From: a bacterium
Lineage (GTDB): Bacteria; Krumholzibacteriota; Krumholzibacteriia; LZORAL124-64-63
Assembly (NCBI GenBank): GCA_031441465.1
Contig: JANOEP010000061.1
Coordinates: forward strand, 1-64,000
DNA: 64,000 bases
Direction: 5' to 3'
In this document: positions 51,294 through 62,608 of the stretch, piece by piece
Position numbering within the stretch: the first letter of the stretch is position 1
Layout: each line of letters opens with the position of its first letter
Position numbers and translations under genes: made by a program
The notes under the pieces: model-generated
The model's database searches: none
The model's input: the letters and a program-made list of their open reading frames with translations, nothing else
What the model was told of the DNA's origin: nothing

Positions 51294-51687
51294 GGCGGGT
51301 CTCCTTCGTCGGGGTCGATCAGGGCGGTTCCGGGTCGCAGGATTTCGGGAGGGCCGGGACCCGTCGCGAGGCGACGGCGTACCGGCCGCATGGTCACAAG
51401 GTAAGACCATGCCGGGGCACCGTCACGAAAAAAGCCCCGGACGCCCAATGGGGCATTGCCCTCGCGGGTATATCTTGATATTCGTGTTCAGGTGAGCGGG
51501 TGGCGGCGTCCCTGGTTCGTGCCGATCATGGGCCGCGCCGCCGCGGCGCCCCGATTTTCCGGGGGTGGCCGCGCCGCCTGCGACTCCCGCCTGAACCTGG
51601 CCGGTCCCCGCCGGATCGGCCGTCTTCTCGCGCCCCCCGCACCGGTGCGGGGCCGCGGCCCCCGCGGGCCTGGAAAGGAACGACTCC

Positions 51688-52785
51688 ATGCCGAAGAAGG
51701 AACTCGATACCTTCAGCGTCTCCTACCTCTCCATCCTGGACGAGGACGGGAATGTGGACAAGGAACTCGAGCCGAAACTGAAGAAGCCCGAGCTGATCGA
51801 ACTCTACCGCCAGATGGTCTGGGCGCGCCGCACCGACGAGCGCATGCTCAAGCTGCAGCGCCAGGGCCGCATCGGCACCTTCGGGCCGAGCACCGGTCAG
51901 GAGGCGTCCCAGTGCGCCGTCGCCTTCGCCATGAAGAAGCAGGACTGGTTCGCCGGCGCCTTCCGCGAGCACGGCGTGCGCCTGCTGCGCGGCGAGACCC
52001 TCACCCGGCAGCTGCTCTACTACAACGGCCACGAAGAGGGCAACATCAACGACGGGGCGGCCAACCCGCGCAATCTGCCCATCTCGGTCATCGTGGGCGC
52101 GCAGCCCCTGCACGCGGTGGGCCTGGCCTACGCCATGCGGCTGCAGGGGGAGAACGAGACCTGCGCCGTGACCATGATGGGCGACGGCGCCACCAGCGAG
52201 GGCGACTTCCACGAGGCGATGAACTTCGCGGCCGTCTGGAACCTGCCGGTGCTGTTCGTGGTGCAGAACAACCAGTGGGCGATCTCGGTGCCCCGCTCGA
52301 AGCAGACCAAGTCAGCGACCATCGCGCAGAAGGCCATCGCCTACGGCATGCCCGGCGTCCAGGTCGACGGCAACGACGCGCTAGCGGTCTACGCCGCCGC
52401 CGCCGAGGCGCTCGACCGCGGCCGACGCGGCGAGGGGCCGACCCTGATCGAGACCGTGACCTACCGCCTGATGATGCACACCACGGCCGACGACCAGTAC
52501 AAGTATCGCACCAAGGAAGAGGAAGAGTTGTGGTGGCGCCGCGACCCCCTGGTGCGCTTCCGCGGCTACCTCGAGGCGAAGAAGATCTGGTCGGAGAAGG
52601 ACCAGGAGGCCCTCGAGGAGGAGTACAGGCTGGAGATCGAGAAACAGGTGAAGGCCTTCGAGGAGATGTCGGGCTGGAAGCCGGACGCGCCCTTCGATCA
52701 CGTCTTCGGCACACGTCACGAGCGCATCGAGGCGCAGCGCCGGGAGTTCCTGGCCGAGATCGCGAAGGAGGCCGCCCGTGGCTAA
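51688..52785 (+). CDS. pdhA: 2-oxoacid (pyruvate or branched-chain) dehydrogenase E1 alpha
   Basis: LQRQGRIG, GQEA, GDGATSEGDF...NN TPP motif, HTTADD. Confidence 0.9.
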   Translation: MPKKELDTFSVSYLSILDEDGNVDKELEPKLKKPELIELYRQMVWARRTDERMLKLQRQGRIGTFGPSTGQEASQCAVAFAMKKQDWFAGAFREHGVRLLRGETLTRQLLYYNGHEEGNINDGAANPRNLPISVIVGAQPLHAVGLAYAMRLQGENETCAVTMMGDGATSEGDFHEAMNFAAVWNLPVLFVVQNNQWAISVPRSKQTKSATIAQKAIAYGMPGVQVDGNDALAVYAAAAEALDRGRRGEGPTLIETVTYRLMMHTTADDQYKYRTKEEEELWWRRDPLVRFRGYLEAKKIWSEKDQEALEEEYRLEIEKQVKAFEEMSGWKPDAPFDHVFGTRHERIEAQRREFLAEIAKEAARG

Positions 52786-53758
52786 GCTCAACATGGTCCA
52801 GGCCATCAACCTCGCCCTGGACGAGATGATGGCGGAAGATCCCAGCGTGGTCGTGCTGGGCGAGGATGTCGGCGTCGACGGCGGCGTGTTCCGCGTCACC
52901 GAGGGTCTGATCGAGAAGTACGGCGAGGCGCGCGTGATCGACACGCCGCTGGCCGAGAGCGCGATCATCGGCACGGCCATCGGCATGGCCCTGGCCGGCC
53001 TGAAGCCCGTCGGCGAGATGCAGTTCTGCGGCTTCTCCTACATCATGATCCCGCAGCTCGAAGGCCACGGCTCGCGCTACCGCGCGCGCACGCACGGGCA
53101 GTTCCACGTGCCCCTGGTCATGCGCGTGCCCTACGGCGGCGGCGTGCGCGCGCTCGAGCACCACTCCGAGAGCCGCGAGGCCGCCCTGGGCCACCTGCCG
53201 GGCGTGAAGGTCGTCATCCCGTCGGGACCGCGCAACGCGCGGTCGCTGATGCGGGCGTCGATCCTCGATCCCGATCCGGTGGTCTACATGGAGCCCAAGC
53301 GCTCGTACCGCGCCTTCAAGGAGGAGGTGCCGGAGACGCCCGAGACGATCGAGATCGGCCGCGCGCAGGTGGTGCAGGAAGGCACCGACATCACGGTGAT
53401 CGCCTGGGGCGCGATGATGCACACCACCAAGAAGGCCGTCGAGGAGATCCGCCAGGCGCGCGGCGCCAGCATCGAGCTGATCGACCTGCTGACGATCTCG
53501 CCCATGGACACCGAGACGATCTGCGCCTCGGTGCGCAAGACGGGCCGCCTGGCCGTCGTCCAGGAGGCCCCGCTCAGCTTCGGACCCGCCAGCGAGATCA
53601 TCGCCACGGTCAACGACCACGCCCTGATGCACCTCGAGGCGCCCGTGAAGCGCGTGAGCGGCTACGACGTCGTCACGCCCTACTTCAGCCGCGAGAACCT
53701 CTTCATGCCGACCGTCGGGCGCGCCCGCCGCGGCATCGAGGAAGTGCTGGATTTCTAA
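52778..53758 (+). CDS. pdhB: 2-oxoacid dehydrogenase E1 beta
   Basis: GEDVG..GGVFR.T.GL, DTPLAE, EHHSES, EPK..Y. Confidence 0.9.
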   Translation: MAKLNMVQAINLALDEMMAEDPSVVVLGEDVGVDGGVFRVTEGLIEKYGEARVIDTPLAESAIIGTAIGMALAGLKPVGEMQFCGFSYIMIPQLEGHGSRYRARTHGQFHVPLVMRVPYGGGVRALEHHSESREAALGHLPGVKVVIPSGPRNARSLMRASILDPDPVVYMEPKRSYRAFKEEVPETPETIEIGRAQVVQEGTDITVIAWGAMMHTTKKAVEEIRQARGASIELIDLLTISPMDTETICASVRKTGRLAVVQEAPLSFGPASEIIATVNDHALMHLEAPVKRVSGYDVVTPYFSRENLFMPTVGRARRGIEEVLDF

Positions 53759-53782
53759 ACGGAGCCGTCGAGGAGGAAGCCG

Positions 53783-55180
53783 ATGTTCGAGTTCAAGCTG
53801 CCCGACCTGGGCGAAGGCATCCACGAGGGCGAAGTCCTCAAGTGGCACGTCCAGCCCGGCGACGTCGTGGTCGAGGACGCCCCGCTGGTCGAGGTCGAGA
53901 CGGACAAGGCGGCCGTGACCATCCCGTCGCCCCGCGGCGGCAAGGTGGTCTCCACCACCGGTGAGATCGGCGACGTCGTGGCGACGGGCCAGGTCATCGC
54001 GGTCATCGACGATGGCCAGGGCGCCTCGGTCACGCCTGCGGCGGCCGCCGCCGCTCCCGCGAGCAAGCCCGCCGCCGCCGGCCGCGCCGCGGAGGAGATG
54101 CCGGCCGGGTTGCCCGTCGAAGAGCCGGTAAAGGCCGCGCCCGCCGCCCCTCCCGCCCGCGCCGTGACGCAGCCCAACAGCACGGTCTCCGGCCGGCCGG
54201 TGCCCGCGGCCCCGGCCACGCGCCGCCTGGCCCGTGAACTGGGCGTGGACCTGACGCTGGTGCCCGGCACCGGCCCCGGTGGCCGTGTGACGCCCGCCGA
54301 CGTGCAGGCCTTCCTGGCCGGCGGCGCGCCCGCGCCGGCAGCCGCGGCCGCGACCGCGCCGGCGACCGCAACCGCCGACCGGGCCGTCGACGGCACGACG
54401 CGCATGGCCGCCGCCGCCGCCGCGAGCGCCATCCCGTTCCTGGACCTCGAGCCCATGCCCGACTTCTCGCTGCAGGGTCCGGTGGAGATCGAGCCGCTGC
54501 GCTCGATCCGCCGCAAGGTGGCGCGCAAGATGACGACCTCGATGATCCTGGTGCCGCACGTCGCCCACATGGACGACGCCGACGTCACCGCGCTCGAGGA
54601 GTTCCGCCTGAGGATGAAGACGCAGCGCGAAGGTGAGCCCGTCGGCAAGCTGACCCTGCTGTCGTTCGTGATCCGGGCGATCACCGCGGGCCTGCGGGCG
54701 GCGCCGGCGTTCAACGCCAGCCTCGACCCGTTCCGCGAAGAGATCATCTACAAGAAGTACTACAACATCGGCTTCGCGGCGGACACCGGCAAGGGTCTGG
54801 TGGTGCCGGTGATCCGGGGCACCGACGTCAAGAGCATCCGCGAAATCTCGCGCGAGATCGAAGAGAAGGCCGCGCTGGCCCGCGAGGGCAAGCTGCCGCT
54901 GGAGGACATGCAGGGCGGCACCTTCACGATCACCAACGTCGGCCCGCTCGGCGGCACCGCCCTGATCCCCACGATCAACTACCCCGAGGTGGCGATCCTG
55001 GGCATGGGCCGCGTTCAGGAGAAGCCGGTGGTGCGCGACGGCCAGATCGTGATCCGCAAGATCCTGCCGCTGACCCTGGCCTTCGACCACCGCGTGGCCG
55101 ACGGCGCCGACGCGGCGCGCTTCGTGGGCGAGCTGGTGCGCAACCTGAGCGACCCGAACCTGCTGCTGCTGGACACCTAG
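53783..55180 (+). CDS. pdhC: Dihydrolipoamide acyltransferase E2
   Basis: One lipoyl domain (VETDKA), peripheral-subunit binding domain (RRLARELGVDL..V.GTG..GRV), DHR.ADG. Confidence 0.92.
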   Translation: MFEFKLPDLGEGIHEGEVLKWHVQPGDVVVEDAPLVEVETDKAAVTIPSPRGGKVVSTTGEIGDVVATGQVIAVIDDGQGASVTPAAAAAAPASKPAAAGRAAEEMPAGLPVEEPVKAAPAAPPARAVTQPNSTVSGRPVPAAPATRRLARELGVDLTLVPGTGPGGRVTPADVQAFLAGGAPAPAAAAATAPATATADRAVDGTTRMAAAAAASAIPFLDLEPMPDFSLQGPVEIEPLRSIRRKVARKMTTSMILVPHVAHMDDADVTALEEFRLRMKTQREGEPVGKLTLLSFVIRAITAGLRAAPAFNASLDPFREEIIYKKYYNIGFAADTGKGLVVPVIRGTDVKSIREISREIEEKAALAREGKLPLEDMQGGTFTITNVGPLGGTALIPTINYPEVAILGMGRVQEKPVVRDGQIVIRKILPLTLAFDHRVADGADAARFVGELVRNLSDPNLLLLDT

Positions 55181-55199
55181 ACCGAAGGAGAGGCCGCTC

Positions 55200-56606
<1,407 letters not shown>

Positions 56607-56663
56607 ACGAGCGGCCGGACGGCGGGCGGCCCGCGCCACCGCCCGGCGCGACACCGGGACGCC

Positions 56664-57335
56664 ATGCCCCACCACTTCCATAACGACGAACCAGCCCCCG
56701 GGGACACGTTCGCCGGGGATTTTCCCGACTGGGACCTGGACGCGGACCTGCTCGCGTCGGTGTCCGCCGGCGGGCCCGCGCGCTCGCGCGTGCTGCGCTG
56801 CGGATCCCCGCAGGTCGTGATCGGCCGCGGCGGGCGAGCCGCCGTCGAGGTGGACCTCGCGGCGGCGCGCGCGGCCGGCGTGCCGGTGCTACGGCGCCCG
56901 GGCGGCGGCTGCGCGGTGCTGCTGGATCGGGGCAACCTCGTCGTGTCGCTGGTCGCGCCGATGGCCGGCATCGGCGGCGTGACCACGGCTTTCCGCGCCG
57001 CCACGGCCTGGATCGTGGCCGGCCTGGCCGACTGCGGCGTCGCGGGCGTCGTGGGGGACGGGGTCAGCGACCTGGTGCTGGACGACCGCAAGGTGGGCGG
57101 CTCCTGCATCCAACGCACGCGGGGGCTGGTCTACTACAGCACGACGCTGCTGTTCGACCCCGACCTCGACCTCATGGAGAGGGTCCTGCCTCACCCGCCG
57201 CGCGAGCCTCGTTACCGTCGGGGCCGGTCCCACCGCGCGTTCCTCGGCCGGATCGGTCTGCCTCTGGCGGGCGATCCCGAGGACTTCATCCTCCGGCTCG
57301 GGCAAAGTCTAGCCGCCAATCTTCCGAACCTGTAG
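56664..57335 (+). CDS. Lipoate-protein ligase family protein
   Basis: VLRRPGGGCAVLLD.GNL, SDL....RKVGG. Confidence 0.8.
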   Translation: MPHHFHNDEPAPGDTFAGDFPDWDLDADLLASVSAGGPARSRVLRCGSPQVVIGRGGRAAVEVDLAAARAAGVPVLRRPGGGCAVLLDRGNLVVSLVAPMAGIGGVTTAFRAATAWIVAGLADCGVAGVVGDGVSDLVLDDRKVGGSCIQRTRGLVYYSTTLLFDPDLDLMERVLPHPPREPRYRRGRSHRAFLGRIGLPLAGDPEDFILRLGQSLAANLPNL

Positions 57336-57508
57336 TTCTGGCCGCAAGATTGTCCCTGACTGCGGCGAGGCACCTGGGCCGCGCCGCTTCTGGTACCTCA
57401 GAAGACGCAATTCATTCGATACCAATGGCTTATCGGCAACGCCGCCGTCACCAGGTTGTACCCTCAGTGATGGCTCTCCCGGGACAGGGACAATTTCATG
57501 GCCAGAAC
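57335..57508. ncRNA. Candidate structured RNA or MITE-like element (174 nt)
   Basis: Terminal inverted repeats of 9+10 bp enclosing four internal hairpins; no family recognised. Confidence 0.4.
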
Positions 57509-57519
57509 CATCGGGATCA

Positions 57520-57537
57520 TTGTTGAATAAATAACAC
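57520..57537. promoter_or_regulatory. Possible Rex operator
   Basis: TTGTTGAATAAATAACAC is a degenerate match to TTGTGAA-N4-TTCACAA in the AT-rich region upstream of rex. Confidence 0.35.
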
Positions 57538-57802
57538 TAAAGATGGAGATTTTATCTATTAATATTTCAATACATTACCTAGTGAAAGCCCGCACAGCAA
57601 TGATAATATGAAATCGAGCATCATCATCAATTGACGCGACCAGCCCCCAAATCCCCCCGTGGCGACAAGTTATCTATCGTCATTGTTAACAGTCATCTAT
57701 CGAACCATCGTGAAAATATCTCAATGCCGGCTTGACATGGCCGATTCAAATGATGAGCTTGAAGACGTTAACGAATAAACACGTTGGCGCAGGGAGACCG
57801 AC

Positions 57803-58429
57803 ATGAAGCGGGCCAAGGCGGAGATCCCCCTCAAGACGATGGAGCGCCTGGTGATGTACCGGCGCTTGCTGCAGTACCTCGCCGCCGAGGGGTGCGCGTT
57901 CGTTTTCTCTCATGAACTGGCCAAGCTGGCGAACAACACCGCGGCGCAGGTCCGCCGCGACCTGATGATCATCGGTCACCACGGCAGCCCCATCCGCGGC
58001 TACGGCGTGCGCTCGCTCGGGGCGCACATCGACCGCCTGCTGGCCCACCACGAGCCCAGCCGCGTCGCCCTGGTGGGTGCGGGCAACCTCGGGCGCGCCA
58101 TCCTCGCGCACGTCGGTTTCCAGCTGCCCGGCATCACCATCCTGGCGGCCTTCGACAGCGACGAGGAACGCTCCGGGCGCGTGATCGCCGGCGTGCGCTG
58201 CTACCCGGTGAGGGAACTGGAGCGTCGCGTCGTCGAGTTGGGGATCAACCTCGGGATCCTCGCGGTGCCGGCGTCCGAGGCCCAGGAAGTGGCCGAGCGC
58301 CTCGCGGCGGTCGGCGTGACCGGCATCCTGAACTTCGCCCCGGTCCCGCTGCGCCTGCCGCAGGGCGTGGTGGTGGACGAGATCGACATCGGCATGAAGC
58401 TGGAGCGCATCGCCCTTTGCTGCCAGTGA
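57803..58429 (+). CDS. rex: Redox-sensing transcriptional repressor Rex
   Basis: T..RL..Y, S.ELA......QVRRDL, GY.V, VGAGNLG.A, ILNFAP. Confidence 0.92.
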   Translation: MKRAKAEIPLKTMERLVMYRRLLQYLAAEGCAFVFSHELAKLANNTAAQVRRDLMIIGHHGSPIRGYGVRSLGAHIDRLLAHHEPSRVALVGAGNLGRAILAHVGFQLPGITILAAFDSDEERSGRVIAGVRCYPVRELERRVVELGINLGILAVPASEAQEVAERLAAVGVTGILNFAPVPLRLPQGVVVDEIDIGMKLERIALCCQ

Positions 58430-58443
58430 GGAGGAGCACGATC

Positions 58444-58929
58444 ATGAGCCCGCGCGTCGTCGACATCCTGGATGGCTTTCCCGGCGCCCACCGCGACAGC
58501 CTGATCCCGATCCTGCAGGCCGTGCAGGAGCAGGAGGGTTTCCTGTCGCAGGATTCCGTCCTGGCGATCGGACGCCACCTGGACCTGCCCGCCAGCAAGG
58601 TCTACGGGGTGGCCACCTTCTACAACCAGTTCCGGTTCACGCCGGTCGGCCGCTTGCACGTGCTGGTCTGCCGCGGCACGGCCTGCCACGTGAAGGGTTC
58701 GGCCAACGTGCTCGACGCGATCGAGCGGGAACTCGGCGTGAAGGCGGGCGGCACCACGCGCGACGGGCTGTTCAGCCTCGAGGTCGTGGCCTGCATCGGG
58801 GCCTGCGGCCTCGCGCCGGTCATCTCCGTCGGCGGCGAGTTCCACGCCGGGGTCGCTCCGCGCGACGTGCCCGGCATCTTCGCGGCCTACCGCGAGCGGG
58901 CGAAGGAGGGCAGCACCGATGCAGCCTGA
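58444..58929 (+). CDS. hydC: [FeFe]-hydrogenase gamma subunit (NuoE-like 2Fe-2S)
   Basis: LIPILQ.VQ...G, YGVATFY, CRGTACH, CIGACGLAP. Confidence 0.88.
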   Translation: MSPRVVDILDGFPGAHRDSLIPILQAVQEQEGFLSQDSVLAIGRHLDLPASKVYGVATFYNQFRFTPVGRLHVLVCRGTACHVKGSANVLDAIERELGVKAGGTTRDGLFSLEVVACIGACGLAPVISVGGEFHAGVAPRDVPGIFAAYRERAKEGSTDAA

Positions 58930-60871
58930 CGCGATGAACGGGACGAATTGGTGCGGTGCGCGCCTGAACAGCCTGCTGCGCGACGGCGCCGGTCACGACG
59001 CGGACCTGTCGGCCGAGCTGAGACGGCTGCGCCGCGAGGAGATGGCCCGGCCGGTCGTCTACGTGGGCGCCGGGACCTGCGGCCTCGGCGCGGGCGCGGG
59101 CAAGGTGCTCGCCGCCGTGCGCGAACACCTCGCGGCCGCGGGGGTCGACGCCGAGGTGGTCGAGACCGGCTGCATCGGCCTCTGCTCCGAGGAACCCCTG
59201 CTGGAGGTGCAGTTGCCGGGCCGGGCGCGGGCGGTCTTCAGTCGCGTGAAGCCGCAGGACGTGCCGGGCATCCTCGACGCCATGCTGGCCGGCACGGTGC
59301 CGACGGCGCACTACTTGGGTCAGCACGGGCCGGACGGCCTGCGGCGCTGGGACGGCCTGTCCGCGCTCGCCGACCACCCGTTCTTCGCCAAGCAGACCCG
59401 CTGGGTGCTGCGCAACTGCGGCCTGATCGATCCGGGCCGCATCGAGGAGTCCCTGGCCTGCGGCGGGTACCGGGGCCTGGCCAAGGCGCTGCGGTCGCTG
59501 ACCCCGGCCGAGGTCTGCGCCGAGGTCGAGCGCAGCGGGCTGCGCGGGCGCGGCGGCGGCGGCTTCCCCACCGGCCGCAAGTGGACCTTCGCCCTGAACA
59601 CCGCCGCCGATCAGCGCTACATGATCTGCAACGCCGACGAGGGCGATCCCGGCGCCTTCATGGACCGCGCCGTCATCGAGGGCGACCCGCACCGCGTGCT
59701 CGAAGGCCTGGCCCTGGCCGCCTACGCGATCGGCGCGTCGAAGGCCTACATCTACATCCGCGCCGAGTACCCGCTGGCCATCCGGCGCCTGCGCGCGGCC
59801 ATCGCCCAGGCCGAGGCCTGCGGCCTGCTGGGCGACGACATCCTGGAGAGCGGCTTCGACCTCAAGGTGGTCATCAAGATGGGGGCCGGCGCCTTCGTCT
59901 GCGGCGAGGAGACCGCCCTGATCCACAGCATCGAAGGCCGACGCGGCATGCCGCGGCCCCGGCCGCCGTTCCCGGCCGTCTCGGGTCTGTTCGGCAAGCC
60001 GTCGGTGATCAACAACGTCGAGACCCTGGCCAACGTGCCGGAGATCGTGGTCAGGGGCGCGGACTGGTTCTCCTCGCTGGGCACCGAGGGCAGCAAGGGC
60101 ACGAAGGTGTTCGCGCTGTCGGGCAAGGTCGCGCGCACGGGCCTGGTCGAGGTGGCGATGGGCACGACGGTCCGCGAGATCGTGTTCGGGGCGGGCGGCG
60201 GCATCCCCGGCGGCAAGGCCTACAAGGCCGTGCAGATCGGCGGGCCGAGCGGCGGCTGCATCCCCGAGCAGCACCTCGACATCATGGTCGACTACGAGTC
60301 CCTCAAGACGGTGGGCGCGATGATGGGTTCCGGCGGCCTGGTCGTCATGGACGAGGACACCTGCATGGTGGACGTGGCGCGCTTCTTCATGGACTTCATC
60401 CAGCGCGAGAGCTGCGGCAAGTGCATCCCCTGCCGCGAGGGGACCAAGCACCTGCGCGACATGCTCGACGCGATCGTGCGCGGCCGGCGCCACGAAAAGG
60501 GCGCCGACGCCCTGGCCCGCTTCAAGGGCGTGACCTACCTGCCGCGCCTGGCCGAGGTCATCCGCGAGACCAGCCTCTGCGGGCTGGGCATGACCGCCCC
60601 GAACCCCGTGCTCAGCACGATGCGCTGGTTCCCGGAGGAATACGAGGCGCACATCTACGAGCGCCGGTGCCCCGCCAAGGTGTGCCGCGACCTGCTGACC
60701 TTCGACATCGACACCGAGAAGTGCAAGGGCTGCACGCTGTGCGCGCGGGCCTGCCCGTCCGGCGCCATCGTCGGCGGCAAGAAGCAGCCGCACCTGATCG
60801 TCCACGACAAGTGCATCGCCTGCGGCGCCTGCCTCGAGGCCTGCAAGTTCGAAGCGGTGGAGGTTTCCTGA
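58919..60871 (+). CDS. hydB: [FeFe]-hydrogenase beta subunit (NuoF-like, FMN/NADH)
   Basis: GLRGRGGGGFPTG.KW, CNADEGDPGAFMDR, FVCGEETAL, GGPSGG, SCGKCIPCREG; two C-terminal 4Fe-4S motifs. Confidence 0.92.
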   Translation: MQPDAMNGTNWCGARLNSLLRDGAGHDADLSAELRRLRREEMARPVVYVGAGTCGLGAGAGKVLAAVREHLAAAGVDAEVVETGCIGLCSEEPLLEVQLPGRARAVFSRVKPQDVPGILDAMLAGTVPTAHYLGQHGPDGLRRWDGLSALADHPFFAKQTRWVLRNCGLIDPGRIEESLACGGYRGLAKALRSLTPAEVCAEVERSGLRGRGGGGFPTGRKWTFALNTAADQRYMICNADEGDPGAFMDRAVIEGDPHRVLEGLALAAYAIGASKAYIYIRAEYPLAIRRLRAAIAQAEACGLLGDDILESGFDLKVVIKMGAGAFVCGEETALIHSIEGRRGMPRPRPPFPAVSGLFGKPSVINNVETLANVPEIVVRGADWFSSLGTEGSKGTKVFALSGKVARTGLVEVAMGTTVREIVFGAGGGIPGGKAYKAVQIGGPSGGCIPEQHLDIMVDYESLKTVGAMMGSGGLVVMDEDTCMVDVARFFMDFIQRESCGKCIPCREGTKHLRDMLDAIVRGRRHEKGADALARFKGVTYLPRLAEVIRETSLCGLGMTAPNPVLSTMRWFPEEYEAHIYERRCPAKVCRDLLTFDIDTEKCKGCTLCARACPSGAIVGGKKQPHLIVHDKCIACGACLEACKFEAVEVS

Positions 60872-62607
60872 TGAGCGCGACCGAGACGTTCCGCATCGAA
60901 TTGAACGGGCGGCCCGCCGAGGCCCGGCGCGGCGAGACCCTGCTCGACGTCTGCCGGCACGCCGGCGTGGACGTGCCGACGCTGTGCCACCTGCCCGACC
61001 TCGCCCCGTCGGGGGCCTGCCGGCTCTGCGTGGTGGACGTGCGCGGGCGCGGGCTGGTGCCGAGCTGCTCGTGCCCGGTCGAGCCCGGCATGAGCGTGGA
61101 GACGAACTCGCAGCTCGCCACGCGTGCACGCAAGACGATCGTCGAGCTGCTGCTGGCCAACCACCCGGACGACTGCCTGTACTGCGTGCGGCACGGGGAG
61201 TGCGAACTGCAGGATCTCGCCCAGCGCTACGGCGTGCGCGAGCGGCGGTTCGTGACGGCCAAGAACGACGACCACGTCGACATCTCGAGCCCCTCGCTGG
61301 TGCGCGACCCGGCCAAGTGCATCCTCTGCGGCAAGTGCGTGCGCGTCTGCGAGGAGGTCATGGGGGTCGCCGCCATCGACTTCACGCGCCGCGGCAGCCG
61401 GACCCTGGTGGCGCCGGCCTTCAACCGGGGCCTGAACGTCTCGACCTGCATCAACTGCGGCCAGTGCGTGATGGTCTGCCCGACCGGCGCCCTGCGCGAG
61501 AAGAGTCACCTGAAGGAGGTCCAGGACGCGCTCGACAACCCCGCCGTCACGGTCGTCGTGCAGCACGCGCCGGCGGTCTCGGTGAGCCTGGCCGAGGAGT
61601 TCGGCCTCGCGCCGGGCGCCGACGTCGAGGCCCTGATGGTCACGGTCCTGCGCCGGCTCGGGTTCGCCCGCGTCTTCGACACGTCCTTCGCCGCCGACCT
61701 CACGATCATGGAGGAGGCGTCGGAGCTGGTGAGCCGCCTGAAGGGCGGCGGCCGGCTGCCGATGTTCACCAGCTGCTCGCCCGGCTGGGTCAAGTTCGTG
61801 GAGCAGTCCTACCCCGACCTGATGCCCAACCTGTCCACCTGCAAGAGCCCCCAGCAGATGATGGGCGCCGTGGTCAAGCGGGTCTGGGCCGCGCGCGAGG
61901 GGATCGACCCGCAGCGGGTCTTCAGCGTGGCGGTCATGCCGTGCATCGCCAAGAAGTTCGAGGCGCAGCGCCCCGAGATGGGCGACGCCCACGAGATTCC
62001 CGACGTCGACGCCGTGCTGACCACGCGCGAGCTGGCGCGGCTCATCCGCCTGCACGGGCTGGACCTGGCGCGGATGACCCCCGGCGCCCCCGACCTGCCC
62101 TTCGGCGAGCGCAGCACGGCCGGCAAGCTGTTCGGCGGGACCGGCGGCGTGATGGAGGCAGCCCTGCGCACGGCGCACTGGCTGGTCACGGGCCGCGAAA
62201 TGTACCACCTTACCGTCGGCGCGGTCCGCGGCCTGGACGGCGTCAAGGAAGCCCGCGTGAAGCTGGACGACATCGAGCTGGGCGTCGCGGTGGTCAGCGG
62301 CCTGGGCCGGGCCCGGCGCCTGCTCGAGGAGATCCGCGCCGGCCGCGACGACCTGCACTTCATCGAGGTCATGACCTGCCCCGGCGGCTGCGTCGGCGGC
62401 GGCGGCCAGCCCCTGCGCGCCGCGTCCGGCGCGGTGCTCGAACGGCTCGAAAGCCTGTACCGGATCGACCGCAGCGAGCCGGTGCGCCTGTCGCACCGCA
62501 ACCGCCACGTCCAGGAACTCTACGACGAGGTGCTGGGCGAACCGCTGGGCGCACGCAGCCACGAGCTGCTTCACACGAGCTACCACGGCCGGGACGGAGC
62601 GGTCTGA
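60871..62607 (+). CDS. hydA: [FeFe]-hydrogenase catalytic subunit (group A3-type)
   Basis: H-cluster motifs TSCSPGW, MPCIAKKFE, EVMTCPGGCVGGGGQP; N-terminal 2Fe-2S, His-ligated 4Fe-4S (H...C..C.....C) and 2x4Fe-4S. Confidence 0.95.
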   Translation: MSATETFRIELNGRPAEARRGETLLDVCRHAGVDVPTLCHLPDLAPSGACRLCVVDVRGRGLVPSCSCPVEPGMSVETNSQLATRARKTIVELLLANHPDDCLYCVRHGECELQDLAQRYGVRERRFVTAKNDDHVDISSPSLVRDPAKCILCGKCVRVCEEVMGVAAIDFTRRGSRTLVAPAFNRGLNVSTCINCGQCVMVCPTGALREKSHLKEVQDALDNPAVTVVVQHAPAVSVSLAEEFGLAPGADVEALMVTVLRRLGFARVFDTSFAADLTIMEEASELVSRLKGGGRLPMFTSCSPGWVKFVEQSYPDLMPNLSTCKSPQQMMGAVVKRVWAAREGIDPQRVFSVAVMPCIAKKFEAQRPEMGDAHEIPDVDAVLTTRELARLIRLHGLDLARMTPGAPDLPFGERSTAGKLFGGTGGVMEAALRTAHWLVTGREMYHLTVGAVRGLDGVKEARVKLDDIELGVAVVSGLGRARRLLEEIRAGRDDLHFIEVMTCPGGCVGGGGQPLRAASGAVLERLESLYRIDRSEPVRLSHRNRHVQELYDEVLGEPLGARSHELLHTSYHGRDGAV

Positions 62608-62608
62608 C

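Noticed and set aside
51425..51445. AAAAGCCCCGG resembling the 3' end of a ykkC/guanidine riboswitch
   Set aside because: The upstream conserved elements of that motif are absent.
58418..58446. Rex ends in CCQ-TGA, suggesting Sec read-through
   Set aside because: Rex is already full length, another TGA follows within five codons, and the segment holds the hydC RBS.
58948..60870. Apparent 1219-aa HydA with a long N-terminal extension
   Set aside because: The extension is an off-frame overlap of hydB. The real start is the ATG at 60871, which overlaps the hydB stop.
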